DNA of 63,773 bases, counting the filler, from Octopus bimaculoides (lineage: Eukaryota), in the NCBI RefSeq assembly GCF_001194135.2. It is 5 parts of 4 records of this genome, joined end to end, with 100 filler letters (N's around TTAATTAATTAA, not from the genome) between each part and the next. Parts side by side here need not be neighbours in the genome. Positions count along the whole stretch, not along the records: positions 1 to 18,458 come from NC_068983.1; 4 more parts are not named here. One strand, written 5' to 3'. The position numbers and the translations under genes were made by a program. Each line of letters starts with the position of its first letter. Position 1 is the stretch's first letter. Below, piece after piece: positions 1-11,911 of the stretch. A model generated the notes under the pieces. That model had not been told where the DNA came from. It saw only the letters and a program-made list of their open reading frames with translations, and did not search any database.

Positions 1-38
1 AGTAGCATCTGCTCCGACTGATAAAAATAAAATCTATT

Positions 39-79
<41 letters not shown>

Positions 80-997
80 AATAAATGGTGGACGCGTTTA
101 ATATCCTGTCGTTTGGATGTTCAGCGTAGTACGGAAAACATTCGACAGGGGAATTCACATTTACCTATACTAATCAAATAAACGTGTTCGAGAAATTTGT
201 ATAGGCAATTCTGCATATGATTTTGTATTTGCAAAAAAAAAATGTAATGAAAATGTATATATCGATTGTATTTTAATGAATTATCCAAAGGAAGTGAAAA
301 TGAAAATAAAATACAGTCATAATAACAATAATGTCCGTCAGGACATGTGATGAAGTGAGTCTCTTTTCTGAAAATGTGTGGATGATATTTGTTTTTACAA
401 TCGAAGTCATGTTTATGTAAGAACTGAATAGACTCAGCGAAAAATTATTTTTGAAATTCGAATTGCTCTATGATTTGGGATATGTGTGTATGTGTCTGTG
501 CGTATGTACTTGAGAGTACTTGATAGTGTGTGTATGTGTATACTTGATAGTCCAACTACTGCTTTGCTCTCTTAGAGAGATTTTAGAATTGGCATTTTTG
601 CTTCTTGCAAAATCAGCCTTGTACGGCTGATAGTTCGCTTGCCACTCGTGCTGATATTTTAATAATACCATCACTTCTTATATATTTCGCTGTTTAGTTA
701 CGTATTTAGGAGGGATTGCAATTTACTTATGGAATATATTTATCGATACACTTGTCGAATGGGTAAATGTATTTCATTGGTTTGTTTGTTTGTTCCCAAA
801 CAACACTTATTTTAGTGATGTTGACACCGCTGGATTGCATGGTACTGCCCAGGTGTCGAAACCATAATGATATCCGTGGGGCAGCTGATGATAGAGGTGT
901 ATTGGATTGTTGGTATGGCTGTTTTGTTTATGTGGATTAGTATTATTGGATTTTTGGCATGGATGTGGAATAGTATTATAACACATCCTTTTGATAT

Positions 998-1029
<32 letters not shown>

Positions 1030-1030
<1 letters not shown>

Positions 1031-1230
1031 TATATTGACCGTTGACTGAACACTATTCAGTTTTTTTTCTCCGTGTTTTTCTCCTTGTCTCCGTATTCTT
1101 TCTGTTGAAGAGCGTAGCTCGAAACGTCAAAGACTTTCCGTATTCCCGAGCGTCATACTAATACATCCTCTTCTTATTTACACCACCTGTCCTCGTCTGT
1201 TGTTGTTTTTTCGTACATTCTCCCATATAT
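1030..1230 (+). mobile_element. Penelope-like element pseudo-LTR remnant carrying a hammerhead-like motif
   Basis: Shares the block TTT-CTGTYGAAGAGC..GCTCGAAACGT-MAAAGACTTT..CCCGAGCGT with 51460-51600, where it follows a GIY-YIG-like C-terminus. Hammerheads in PLE pLTRs are established. Confidence 0.6.
1097..1133 (+). ncRNA. Minimal type I hammerhead-ribozyme-like motif, core variant CUGUUGA
   Basis: TCTTT(stem I)-CTGTTGA-A-GAGC GTA GCTC(stem II)-GAAA-C-GT-C(cleavage triplet GUC)-AAAGA(stem I). Stem III is the palindrome ACGT. Confidence 0.55.
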
Positions 1231-4200
1231 NNNNNNNNNNNNNNNNNNNNNNNNNNNNNNNNNNNNNNNNNNNNNNNNNNNNNNNNNNNNNNNNNNNNNN
1301 NNNNNNATATATATATATATATATAATGCTACAACAAAAATCACATGTTTTGTGAAATACAGACATCCAGTCTTTCCTGGTTGAAACAATAATTTATTTC
1401 GCCATTTTTCAAGCAGATAACAACTGTTTGTCATTTGACTTGAAAGTTTTGCATATTTTCGGTTATTCATCTCTCTCTGATCTATTGTAAGCATAAGTTT
1501 CTCTAAAGCTCGCCTGTTGTATCAAATTGTTGTGTAGATATATTTTTATATCTGAATTTTCAGAACGAATTCGTGCTTATACTCAGCATGGTTTTGTAGT
1601 GCATGTGTAGGTTTCCTATCTCTCAATTTTTACCATTGACCTTCTAGTTCGTCGGCCAGGCTGCTCAATTTTTCCTTTATGTAGAATGTGCTATATATAT
1701 TATCTGGTAAGTATAACAATTCCATGGTTTGAAATTTAGTCTCGATGTTCATAGAGCATCGTATAGAGATGCTCTTTCTACATGTGGTCAGATGGAAAAT
1801 ATGTGTGTCATTAACTTTCGAACAAATAAATCATCGTGGTTTCTAGAGTAAATTATTTGAAGTTTTGCATTGCTGTATTTTCCTAATTTTACGGGTTAAT
1901 TCTCCTTTAAAAATATAGACACTGAACTTTACCCTCAGAATTTGTCATTAATGTAATTCAATTCTGACTTAATTATTTTCTTACAAATTATATGTAGTCC
2001 ATTATATGCTTTATTTGAATACGTTGGACTACTCTTTTTGGTCGGTCTTATGCTTTCTAACCTAAATTTTGCACGTCTATACACCTTGAAGATTTACTTA
2101 TGGCTGCATTAATAGAGCTTCTCATGGTGGATGAAATTTAGTGCACGTGTTTCTCATTTCACAAGACTCTCACGGAAACTATTATTTATACACACAGAAA
2201 CAAACTCTTATGAAAGTTCATATATGTTTCCGACTATGTGACATCTATAACAGTTATTTTCACTGCGGGCTACAGTGGAGAAAATTCTCACTTTAGGATT
2301 AAGATGTTTAAATGCCAACATACATTTCAGAGCTATCTCTGTTTAGCGATGTATGTTTCTCAAAGTCCTTCGCTATTGACAGCGCTTGATACCGAAATGA
2401 CTTGTGAATTAGATCAGTTCAAATATCTACGCATATGAATTTTTAACACGCAGCCAGTTGATAATTTCTTTTGATTTTCTATAAGGCATGTCAGGGCTGC
2501 CTCGACTTTTACCAGAAACCCCATAATATTTATAAAAAATTCTTGATTCCTGTAAAATCTTATGTTGTCAGTCCTGATAAATCTTTAGAAATCTCTATTA
2601 TCGTTGATTCGGAAAGGAGCAAAGTTGTGATGTCTGCAAACAATAGATGGAAATGTGTAGGCATCTTTTAATGACAATGAACATCAATAGACTTTGATAG
2701 AGCGTAATGATTAATGAGTATTGATGTAACATTGCAGCTTGTTCCACTGACCTTACACTACATGTGAGATATTTCGGTGTCATCATATTCTCTATAAATC
2801 CCGCTGAATAGATCAATGTGAGTCTATTTAGCAATTTGAAGAATCGACGACAGAGAAAGTTACATTGATAAAGTAGATAATTTTGAAATCGCAAACAATA
2901 AAACTTGAGAAACATTGATAGGCATTTATCAATGCTTAGTTTAAGGCCATACAACATTTTAAGCTGTATGGAAGTGAGGGAAACTGTTATATTGTATATA
3001 ATATATGCATAAAATACGGGAAATAAATTATTTACATTGCCAGTTGCCTGCTATCGTAAATATACGTAGCAATTAATGTAGTATTTAAACTGCATACCAC
3101 ACTAGGTTGCATAATTTTATATTTAACTTATGAAATGTAAATGCAATTTTATTGCATTGTCAGTGCTCATCATCTTGTTTCATATTCTTCGCGTTGCTTC
3201 TGATTTAAGACATTGCCCGAATATATGCAGTAGGAGGGCTGATTATTGTTTTGCTCCCATTTATAACTTATGTCTACAACCCAAAAGTTTGTTTGGTCAC
3301 TTCGACGTGCCTACGCTTAGCTCTGTTTTCCTTGATAAGAATGATGGGAATGGTAAGATACGTTTCAATGTCTCACGTTGTATGGTCGAAATGATATCAA
3401 ATTTGTTAGAGATATAGCTATATATGAACCATAGCTGCTAACAACCTTAATGTGTTTTAAGTTGTGTATATCCTTATTGAATCTTATGTTGTTTGTGGTT
3501 TATAATATATATAAACCATATATATAATAAAGAATTGATTGTATTTCCCAAATTTCTCCGCCATACTGATCTAAACAGCTGGCTTCGTGCTAGCGGTTAC
3601 CTACGAGAATGAAAATTTTACAAATTAATTTTATATATTAGAAGCAGTACATTTAATTTTTTGTAATATCTTATCCTTTCAAATATTTTATATGAAAATC
3701 AGCATTGTCTTGCTTGTTGTGAAGAAATCGATATACTGAATGAGACAAATATTCCTTCGTAGGTTGTATAATTAAGTATTGATTTCTAATATTCACAAGA
3801 TACCACTATATTTTGTGAAGGATTAATTTCACGTAATCAAACAAACCATTTGACTGAAGCATATTCAATTGTAGAAATTAAAGCAAACGTTGTGGGGATA
3901 TTGTTTGAAGTAAAGGATTTGCTAACAGGCGGTAAAGTTTTAAATTTGTTTCTTCACTACCTCTAGGAGTATGTCGTTTCTCTGATTAATTATAAAATGC
4001 AGAAACGAATTCCATTGTGAAATACCAATATGTTTGATGAAGGAATATACAGTGACTCTGATCGGCTCATTATTTGCATTCAACGTGTAATGAGATCTAA
4101 GATCTAGCTGTGAAAATGGAAATACAAAAGGGGGATTATGTGGAATAAAATCCCTTGTCATTAGATACGCAGTTCTAAGTTTTATATTTTCACTACTCAC

Positions 4201-4614
4201 ATGCTATAGTTACTTGAAGCTTAGAAAGAAGATTGTACATTAGAAGACACCAATAAGTGTAAAGTAGTCTTACAAACAAATTTGCATTGTGAATGAGCCA
4301 AAACTAGAAAGTGGATGTTGACCGACAGCATTTGCATATATTCAACATTATTCTTACGAATGTAGCCGTAAATTTGCAACAATATGATACAAATGATGAC
4401 TGTTGTTTTAGCTATTTGAGGGCATAGTAATATCTTATGAGAAAACTGCTGTTACTACTGTCATTGGGGGTAGTGTTACAGTTCAAAAGATTATTATTAT
4501 TGCGTGTGCTATATTCGTTACCACAAAATCTACTATATCAGTATGCTAACTGCTATTACGACCATGTTACTATTGCTATTATTATATTTATTATTACCAT
4601 ATATTATTATTATC

Positions 4615-4750
4615 ATTTTATATTTGACTTTTGCTTTGCATTTGTACAAGTTGGGTCGAAGTCTCACCCAGAGACCTCAAGAGACAACAAGTTAGAAGTT
4701 CATGTAGGTGTTATGCCTAGGGCACCATATATTTGGATTTGTACAGTTTT
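4615..4750 (-). mobile_element. 3' end stub of R4/Dong-like non-LTR retrotransposon next to (ATT)n
   Basis: Near-identical to the sequence just 3' of the RLE-domain ORF at 17204-17400 (TTTGCATTTGTACAAGTTG..AAGTCTCACCCAGAGACCTCAAGAGACAACAAG). Abuts a degenerate ATT array. Confidence 0.75.
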
Positions 4751-5303
4751 GGGCATAACTACAGAGTTCTACCCACCAGACTTTGGAAGGTCATAACTTT
4801 CAGAAAAATGAATATTTTTAAATGAAATTTTCTATGCATATTGTATTTATTATGTAGATTCCGGATATACAACAATTTACGGTGAAAGTATTTNNNNNNN
4901 NNNNNNNNNNNNNNNNNNNNNNNNNNNNNNNNNNNNNNNNNNNNNNNNNNNNNNNNNNNNNNNNNNNNNNNNNNNNNNNNNNNNNNNNNNNNNNNNNNNN
5001 NNNNNNNNNNNNNNNNNNNNNNNNNNNNNNNNNNNNNNNNNNNNNNNNNNNNNNNNNNNNNNNNNNNNNNNNNNNNNNNNNNNNNNNNNNNNNNNNNNNN
5101 NNNNNNNNNNNNNNNNNNNNNNNNNNNNNNNNNNNNNNNNNNNNNNNNNNNNNNNNNNNNNNNNNNNNNNNNNNNNNNNNNNNNNNNNNNNNNNNNNNNN
5201 NNNNNNNNNNNNNNNNNNNNNNNNNNNNNNNNNNNNNNNNNNNNNNCTGCAGGTTATTTTTGAGAAGCGTTCCCCACTCGGTGGTGTTTCGGAGAAAGTC
5301 GTC

Positions 5304-5564
5304 CATAATTGTTTCATTTTTCTCTATTATGTGCGTATGTGCATCCGTAGATTTCTATTGAAGTAATAAGCAGAAAAGAGAAGCCGTCATAAGAAAACTT
5401 ACGTTAAAAATAACATGCACATGATTTTTTTTTTCTCAATAGAAGTAAATTCCAAAGTAAACGTTTCTAGTAGAGAAGTAGAAGAGAACAGAAGCAGCGT
5501 ATTACTTCATTAGAAATCTACGGATGCACATACGCACATAATAGAGAAAAATAAAACAAATATG
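5304..5564. mobile_element. MITE/foldback element with ~65-bp terminal inverted repeats
   Basis: 5304-5368 is the reverse complement of 5500-5564 with about 3 mismatches (core TTTTTCTCTATTATGTGCGTATGTGCATCCGTAGATTTCTA). Spacer ~130 bp. No clear TSD. Confidence 0.7.
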
Positions 5565-8500
5565 TTGCAGTGGTGATAGTAGGAATTGTTGTTATAGTCG
5601 TTGTTGCTTCTGTTGTTACTGCTCCTCGAGGACTACAGTAGGTGGAAACATTTTAGCGATTTTATCCATGTGGTTAATTATTACACGATATGAGGAAGTG
5701 CTTTGCTTCAGTTTGTTCGGTCTCTTTTGTTGGTTGTTGAAAAGTCGCATAACTTTCTTGGCCATAAGGAACTTTTCTGTTTGGCTGCCACTTTTCAGTT
5801 TCTTCATTTTTTTTGTTTTTGCTCCACTTAATTTCATATTTGGCATATTGGTGTACTTTTGTAAAACAATCATTGTCATGAAATTCATTTTCGCCGTAAA
5901 TAAATAAATAAAGACTTAATAGCTTTTAAAAGTTGGAAATGTTGGGTTAGTTTAGCCAGTCGGAAGCTACAAACATATAGGTTTCTGTTTCAATAGTAAC
6001 AAGCCAAGCTGCTTACTCTCGCAGTCATTCAGATTTACACATGAGGCACGGACGTTTTCAGTTTGAGAAAAACTGAATCATGTGCTAGTGAGAATATCAA
6101 TTTCACTATGCAACTTGTCGAGATTATTTTGACGTGTTGTATCGGTATTGTGGCGTTTCTTTGCTTTTCTACTGTTCTAGTGATTCTTTATCAGTTTGGA
6201 TTTATATTTATTGGGTTCCTAGTCATTCCGAAATAAACAAAGGTGTTTAAATTGATTTTGTGTAGTTTGTGCAAAATTAGAAGGTGGAAGTCTAGAATAG
6301 CTCATTCATACATGTTGGATTTTCTCAGTTTTGACGGGGATTTAAAAAATGTCTTTTCCCATCGCTTTTAAATGCATTGTGCAAAAAAACGCACAACACG
6401 TTAAAATCCTTCACTCAAGTATTTCTTGTGATTTTATTGGAATACAATTCTTTCTGTCTTTATCGTTTTAGTATATATATATATATAAAGCATGAATAAT
6501 TTTCTTAAATGTACAAATCAGCAAATGAATGTCATTTTAAATATTATTTCAAAATGTACATAAATTGAGAATTCATGCACCGTACGATGCATTCTCAAAT
6601 ATTTATTTTCTTTTAGATTAAAATATTATTATATTGTGGTTCCTACGAAAACAATTCAGCGCAGAATCAAATAATAGAATGATATTCATAATATAACCAT
6701 ATTTTCATGTTTTTTTTTCACATAGGCCTATATATTACTTTATAACCGAAAGATATGCCTCCTAAATATAGCCATTTTATTGTAAATTGAATGTGAATCT
6801 GACAATAGATATAAGATCGATCTACTTGTAGATTAAACCATTGCCGGTATATAGGTAATATTACAACAGATGTAAAATGCTTACAGAAAAAAGTTTAATT
6901 CTAATAAAAAAAAGTATTTGTTGTGATAAAAAAATATACTTTTCATTTGTCCGACTGTACAATTCGGAAAGATTTATTTTTACAGCTCCACTGGGATATA
7001 ATTATTAACCTTGCACATGACAGACATAATAATTCAGTGGATTTTTGTCTGAATAATATGTCCAAAGAAAGTTGATAACAACAGAAACAGCAATTAAAAT
7101 GATCTTTCACAAACAGCTGGTGTATCTCCATAACACGTATTTAAATATCCAAAGAAGAAAAAGAAAATAGAAAATAAGACTTTCAAATATTTGAGCTTCC
7201 AAAGATTTGTTTTGAACAAAACAAAATCATTACGTTTAAATGCTAGTTTTGTTATCCATACCAACTTGCGCATTTGTAGCATGAATGTTTTTATATAGAC
7301 ATTTCACGTTATTAACAACAAATACTGCACAAACGTTCCATTAATAAGATCATTTGTAGGACAGTGACTTCAATTATTAGTTGCTTTCAGAAGGAGGTAC
7401 ATTACCCACTCACTGTTACATTTTAGAAACCATGGTGGTTAAGGGAGAAGGTATCTCCTCGTGGTGTGGTGGAACGCACGGCGCTTGAGGCCATTTCGAA
7501 AAAATAAGTGCGGAAGAATAAAGAATATTTTCTCTGAATTCCTAAGTATGAACATTTGCATTTAGAACATTGAAAGAAATGTAATATAAAAGATGCGTTG
7601 GACGTGATCGGATGACTATCTATATATAGAACGAATGAATGGTTAGATAATGCTCAGATAATGTTCATGTGTAAAATTTGTAATAAGATACAGAAGTAAC
7701 GGTCGAATGAATTGGTGACGCGTACCTATATGGGTGAAGAATATTATTTTGTGTGCAGTGTCTGCCATTATTCAGTAGTATTAGTTTTGCCACGTAAAAC
7801 ATATAAAAACCACTTCCTTGCGGTGCTAGAGCCTATTTCCACTTCACTGAACATCTATTTATCAATTCGTCAAAATAACCAAGTTTGATCTGGAATTCCA
7901 CTATGAATATGGTGTCGGGATTTTCGAAAGTACGTAATTATTCGTTTTGTTTCCATGCATGTGATGCACCATGAAGAGAAATTACCGTCACTTTAGGAGA
8001 CTGGTTAACTTGTCTAATTAATTTACGTAGGTAATCTTTATAAGAACCTATGAGAGCACTATAAGCAGCAGGCTATTCCAGTTTCAGTATTAATCTAGTT
8101 TCGTTTACGTTTAGCTGTTTGAAAAATACAAAACCATTCCATGTTCCTTTGCAATAAAATCCATATAGAAGCTCTTGCTATATATATATATATATATAAC
8201 ACCTGTTTTCAATTTAACATTTACCCAATTTGTTACATCACTAATTTATAACAACCTTGAGATACGTATTCATTATCGACTAGGTCGGATTGTGGTGCGT
8301 TCTATTAGAAATGCATTTCCATAAAGAGAATACGAATGTCAAACAATCGAACAAGTCCCTCGCACTGTATAGGAGCTGCTATACACAAGTTCCGTAACTG
8401 GAAAATTAATTATTTATAATCAGCAGTGATCGATTCAACTTACAATATGTTCCATCTTACTAACATAATTATTCTTCGGTTTTCTCGAAATGAATACATA

Positions 8501-11500
8501 AGAAATTCTATAGGCAGCAACGTGTTTTTCTTTAATCTTATATACATTTGAAGCTGTATCCTGAATAATTTCAAAGACAGCAAACGAATAAAGGCAACTG
8601 CACTTAAACTGAACGATTCTTATCACTGATATCTTCGATTTTGTTTAAAGATTTCAAAATAACATTATTTCACAGGCTTGAATTTGCGATTCTTCACGAT
8701 GAGGTCTACCCGTTAATTGATATTGATATAGTGATGTCGATTCAGTTGACTGCACACAGTACGCTATAGAAATTGATTTTATTCCTCAGTACACTCCACT
8801 ACGTATAATATTATAATATTGAAGCGTCTATTTTTAACTACGCAGACGATACTGCTCAAAGTGATTTCATATTCTTTGGATATTGTTTGTATACTAACAG
8901 AAAACACACACACATATATTCAGATGAGCAGTGTCACTGATATTCGGCTATTCGATTTTTCGGGAGAAAACTTTAGTTACAGACGTAGCTATGTGGTTAG
9001 TTTACGTAGTTCTCGTCCTCATAACGCTGTCTTTAGATTTGAGTTGTCTTGAATAGTTGTTATTTATCATAGACTTGTTAGTCAAACTGCAGATATCTAT
9101 TTAATGGAATAGCTATTTTCTTTGTTGGAACACCCGAGCCTTTGCCACATTCAACTTCATACACTCAATGCGCTGAGCCACTCCCAAAGCATAGAGTATC
9201 TTAATAATTCTGTAGGGACTGTTATCTGAAGATAAACTGAGTGGTACTTCAAACAGTTGTACAATTGCTGGACTTTTTGTATATAAATATATATTTAGGC
9301 ATATCATTTTTGTGGTTAATTAACGTTTTAAAATAATCATAATTTATACATCAGTTGTATTCATACGGTACTCTTGTGCATGACATACAAAAGCCATCAC
9401 AGCTAATTCCACCTAAAATATCGTACAGGATGAATACATCTGGAAATCTCAATGTCAAAAATGGATCCGTAGGTTATCAGATGACGAATATAAAGTGCAT
9501 TTCTGCACTCGACATGACAAATAAAAATATAGTAGAAGCAAATTTGGTTTTAAGTGAAGCATAAGTAACTAATCTGTTATTAGTTTAGAAGAATTCCTTT
9601 TAGCTTTTTCAGTTAGAGAACAAGAAAAAAGAATGAATTTGAAATGCATTTAGCGATTATTTTTAGGCATTTTCGATTCATATCTGATATCTTTGTCCAC
9701 GATGTTAAATTCCAGATATTAAAGCTGTTTTCAAAGAGGGACGAGCTGTGCATTATCAGTACACTACATATGCTAGTATGATATTGCACCTTTGCTTTTC
9801 ATACTAAATTGTTCTGAATGTTTATGCCCTGCGTCTTCCAAAAGCCAATCGAAAAAAAAAAACTTTTTTGAGCCTTTACTATCTGTACATTACCAAGCTG
9901 ATCTGATCTCATTTGAAATCTGATATTAACCCACTGTATAAACATTGATACGAATTAATTAGGTGAAGCTGTTGCTTGCTTTCGTATTGTCGTAGAAGAT
10001 TAAATAACCATCCTTTAACGTTAAAAGTAATCACTCGGCGGGTGCAATAGTTGTTCAAGTGAGAAGCATCTTTCGTCCACCTAAAATTAAGATCCATAAA
10101 TCCATGGGTTATTTGTAGAGTGAGAATTGTCTCAATAACTTCAAAAAATATTAATTTCAAATCCCAAAAATAGTGTATGCAAAGTTTGCATTTAAAATTT
10201 ATATGATACGTGTTCATTACAGAATTAGCGGCACGTTTTGCATTTGTAAATGAGCTACATGTTATATTAAATGAAAAGAATGAACATTTTTATTCCTGTA
10301 AAAATCCGATTGCAATTTATACCATGTTATCAAAATTTGTAATCACAACAGAAATAGCGATAAGAACCCTTATCTACCAAATAACTCCGCAAATGAGAAC
10401 TCTTATGATGAGATGTCATTTATAAAGATTGGATTTAATGAGAATATCTTTTATAGCAACCCTTGATGCAGTAAACTAAGAAGAAAACATAATTTAATCT
10501 TAAACTCAGTTTGCTTTGACCCTCCATATAATAGAGATATTTTCACCTTTGTGTAAAATTTTCTTCTCCGTAGCAGGCATAAGTTTTCATCGTATCAATA
10601 CGTGCTATAATTATTTAGAAAGAGAACATAAATTATAGTTACCTATAACATAGCAAAATTAAATGCTGATATTGCTAGGAATAATGTAAACCAAAGAAAT
10701 CCAAATATATTAGTGATTGTCATTGTGTTTCTACTTTACAAAATTGTATAAATACAGAAATTTCTGTATTTATGCATGACAGTATTATGAAATATACAAT
10801 TTGTTTATTGTTCAACGATCTGACTTGAATTATTTTTCGTATAATAAACCAATTTAAGTGTAACACAATGTTGAAATATCTGTGCATGGGGGAAACTACT
10901 CATTTTAGTTGCAATATATCAATTAATGGGTAACAAAAACGCGAGAATAAATTCGGCGTTATATATTCCTCTTATTATTAAGTACGAACAAATACTTCAA
11001 ATTCAATAATATAACCAATATATTCTCACAAACCAATCATTGCAAATGTTTTTCACTATTTTAATTACCCATTATAATCATTTTAATAATTTCTCAATAT
11101 GTCATCAGCCATAGTCAGTAGCTTCCTAAAGTAATCCGTATGCCTGTTTCGATTGCTTTAGTAAAAGGCTGATGGAGGTTTCAATTGAGTGTCATCAACA
11201 CAGTAAGATATCATATAAAGTTTATTTGAATCTTACAAAATGCCATATTCTAATCTTTACATGCTTGCATATAGAGTTCAATGATTTCAGTAAACAAAAT
11301 TGATTTCTCATTATCACTTATCCTTAAACTGAATAGAACGGAAATTTGGAATGATAAATGCAAGTGCTGATATAAAACGCAACAAATTATTTCTAATGAA
11401 TTAGTAACGCACATAATAAGTCTGCAATTTGAACCGATTTCCGCTTGTATTTACACAAAAAATTTATTTGATAGAATTTATTCGAGGTGAATAAAAAAAT

Positions 11501-11873
11501 CGATTATTTATTGAAGATAAGAATGAATTCAATTCGATATAGCTCTTAAGAGGAAAAGTTGCCTATATGAATATTAAAGAATTTATATGAAATTTATCAG
11601 TAACGAATGTCATCAAATATTATTGAATATCACATATGAACTGTGATATAACATATTGTCAATACATATGTGTGTGTGTGTATATGTGTGTGTATGTGTG
11701 TGTGTTTGTGCTTGTATATATATGGGTATGCATGTGTGTATACTTATATGCTTATGCGTGTGTGTGTTTGTATTTGTATGTATATGGGTGTACATGTGTG
11801 TATACATGTGCGCTTATGTGTGTGTGTGNNNNNNNNNNNNNNNNNNNNNNNNNNNNNNNNNNNNNNNNNNNNN

Positions 11874-11911
<38 letters not shown>

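Noticed and set aside
2560-2633. Minus-strand LRR-like peptide DITTLLLSESTIIEISKDLSGLTT
   Set aside because: It lacks the conserved Asn, ends in a stop after 24 codons and has no neighbouring repeats.
3130-3417. ORF with signal-peptide-like start and CPNICS, considered as the ADAMTSL first exon or an LRRNT
   Set aside because: No suitable phase 0 donor after the hydrophobic stretch, no recognisable domain, and it lies across a linker from the ADAMTSL exons.
7094-7282. Minus-strand ORF resembling signal peptide plus mature start
   Set aside because: It stops after 62 aa, the hydrophobicity is explained by T-rich DNA, and there is no homology.
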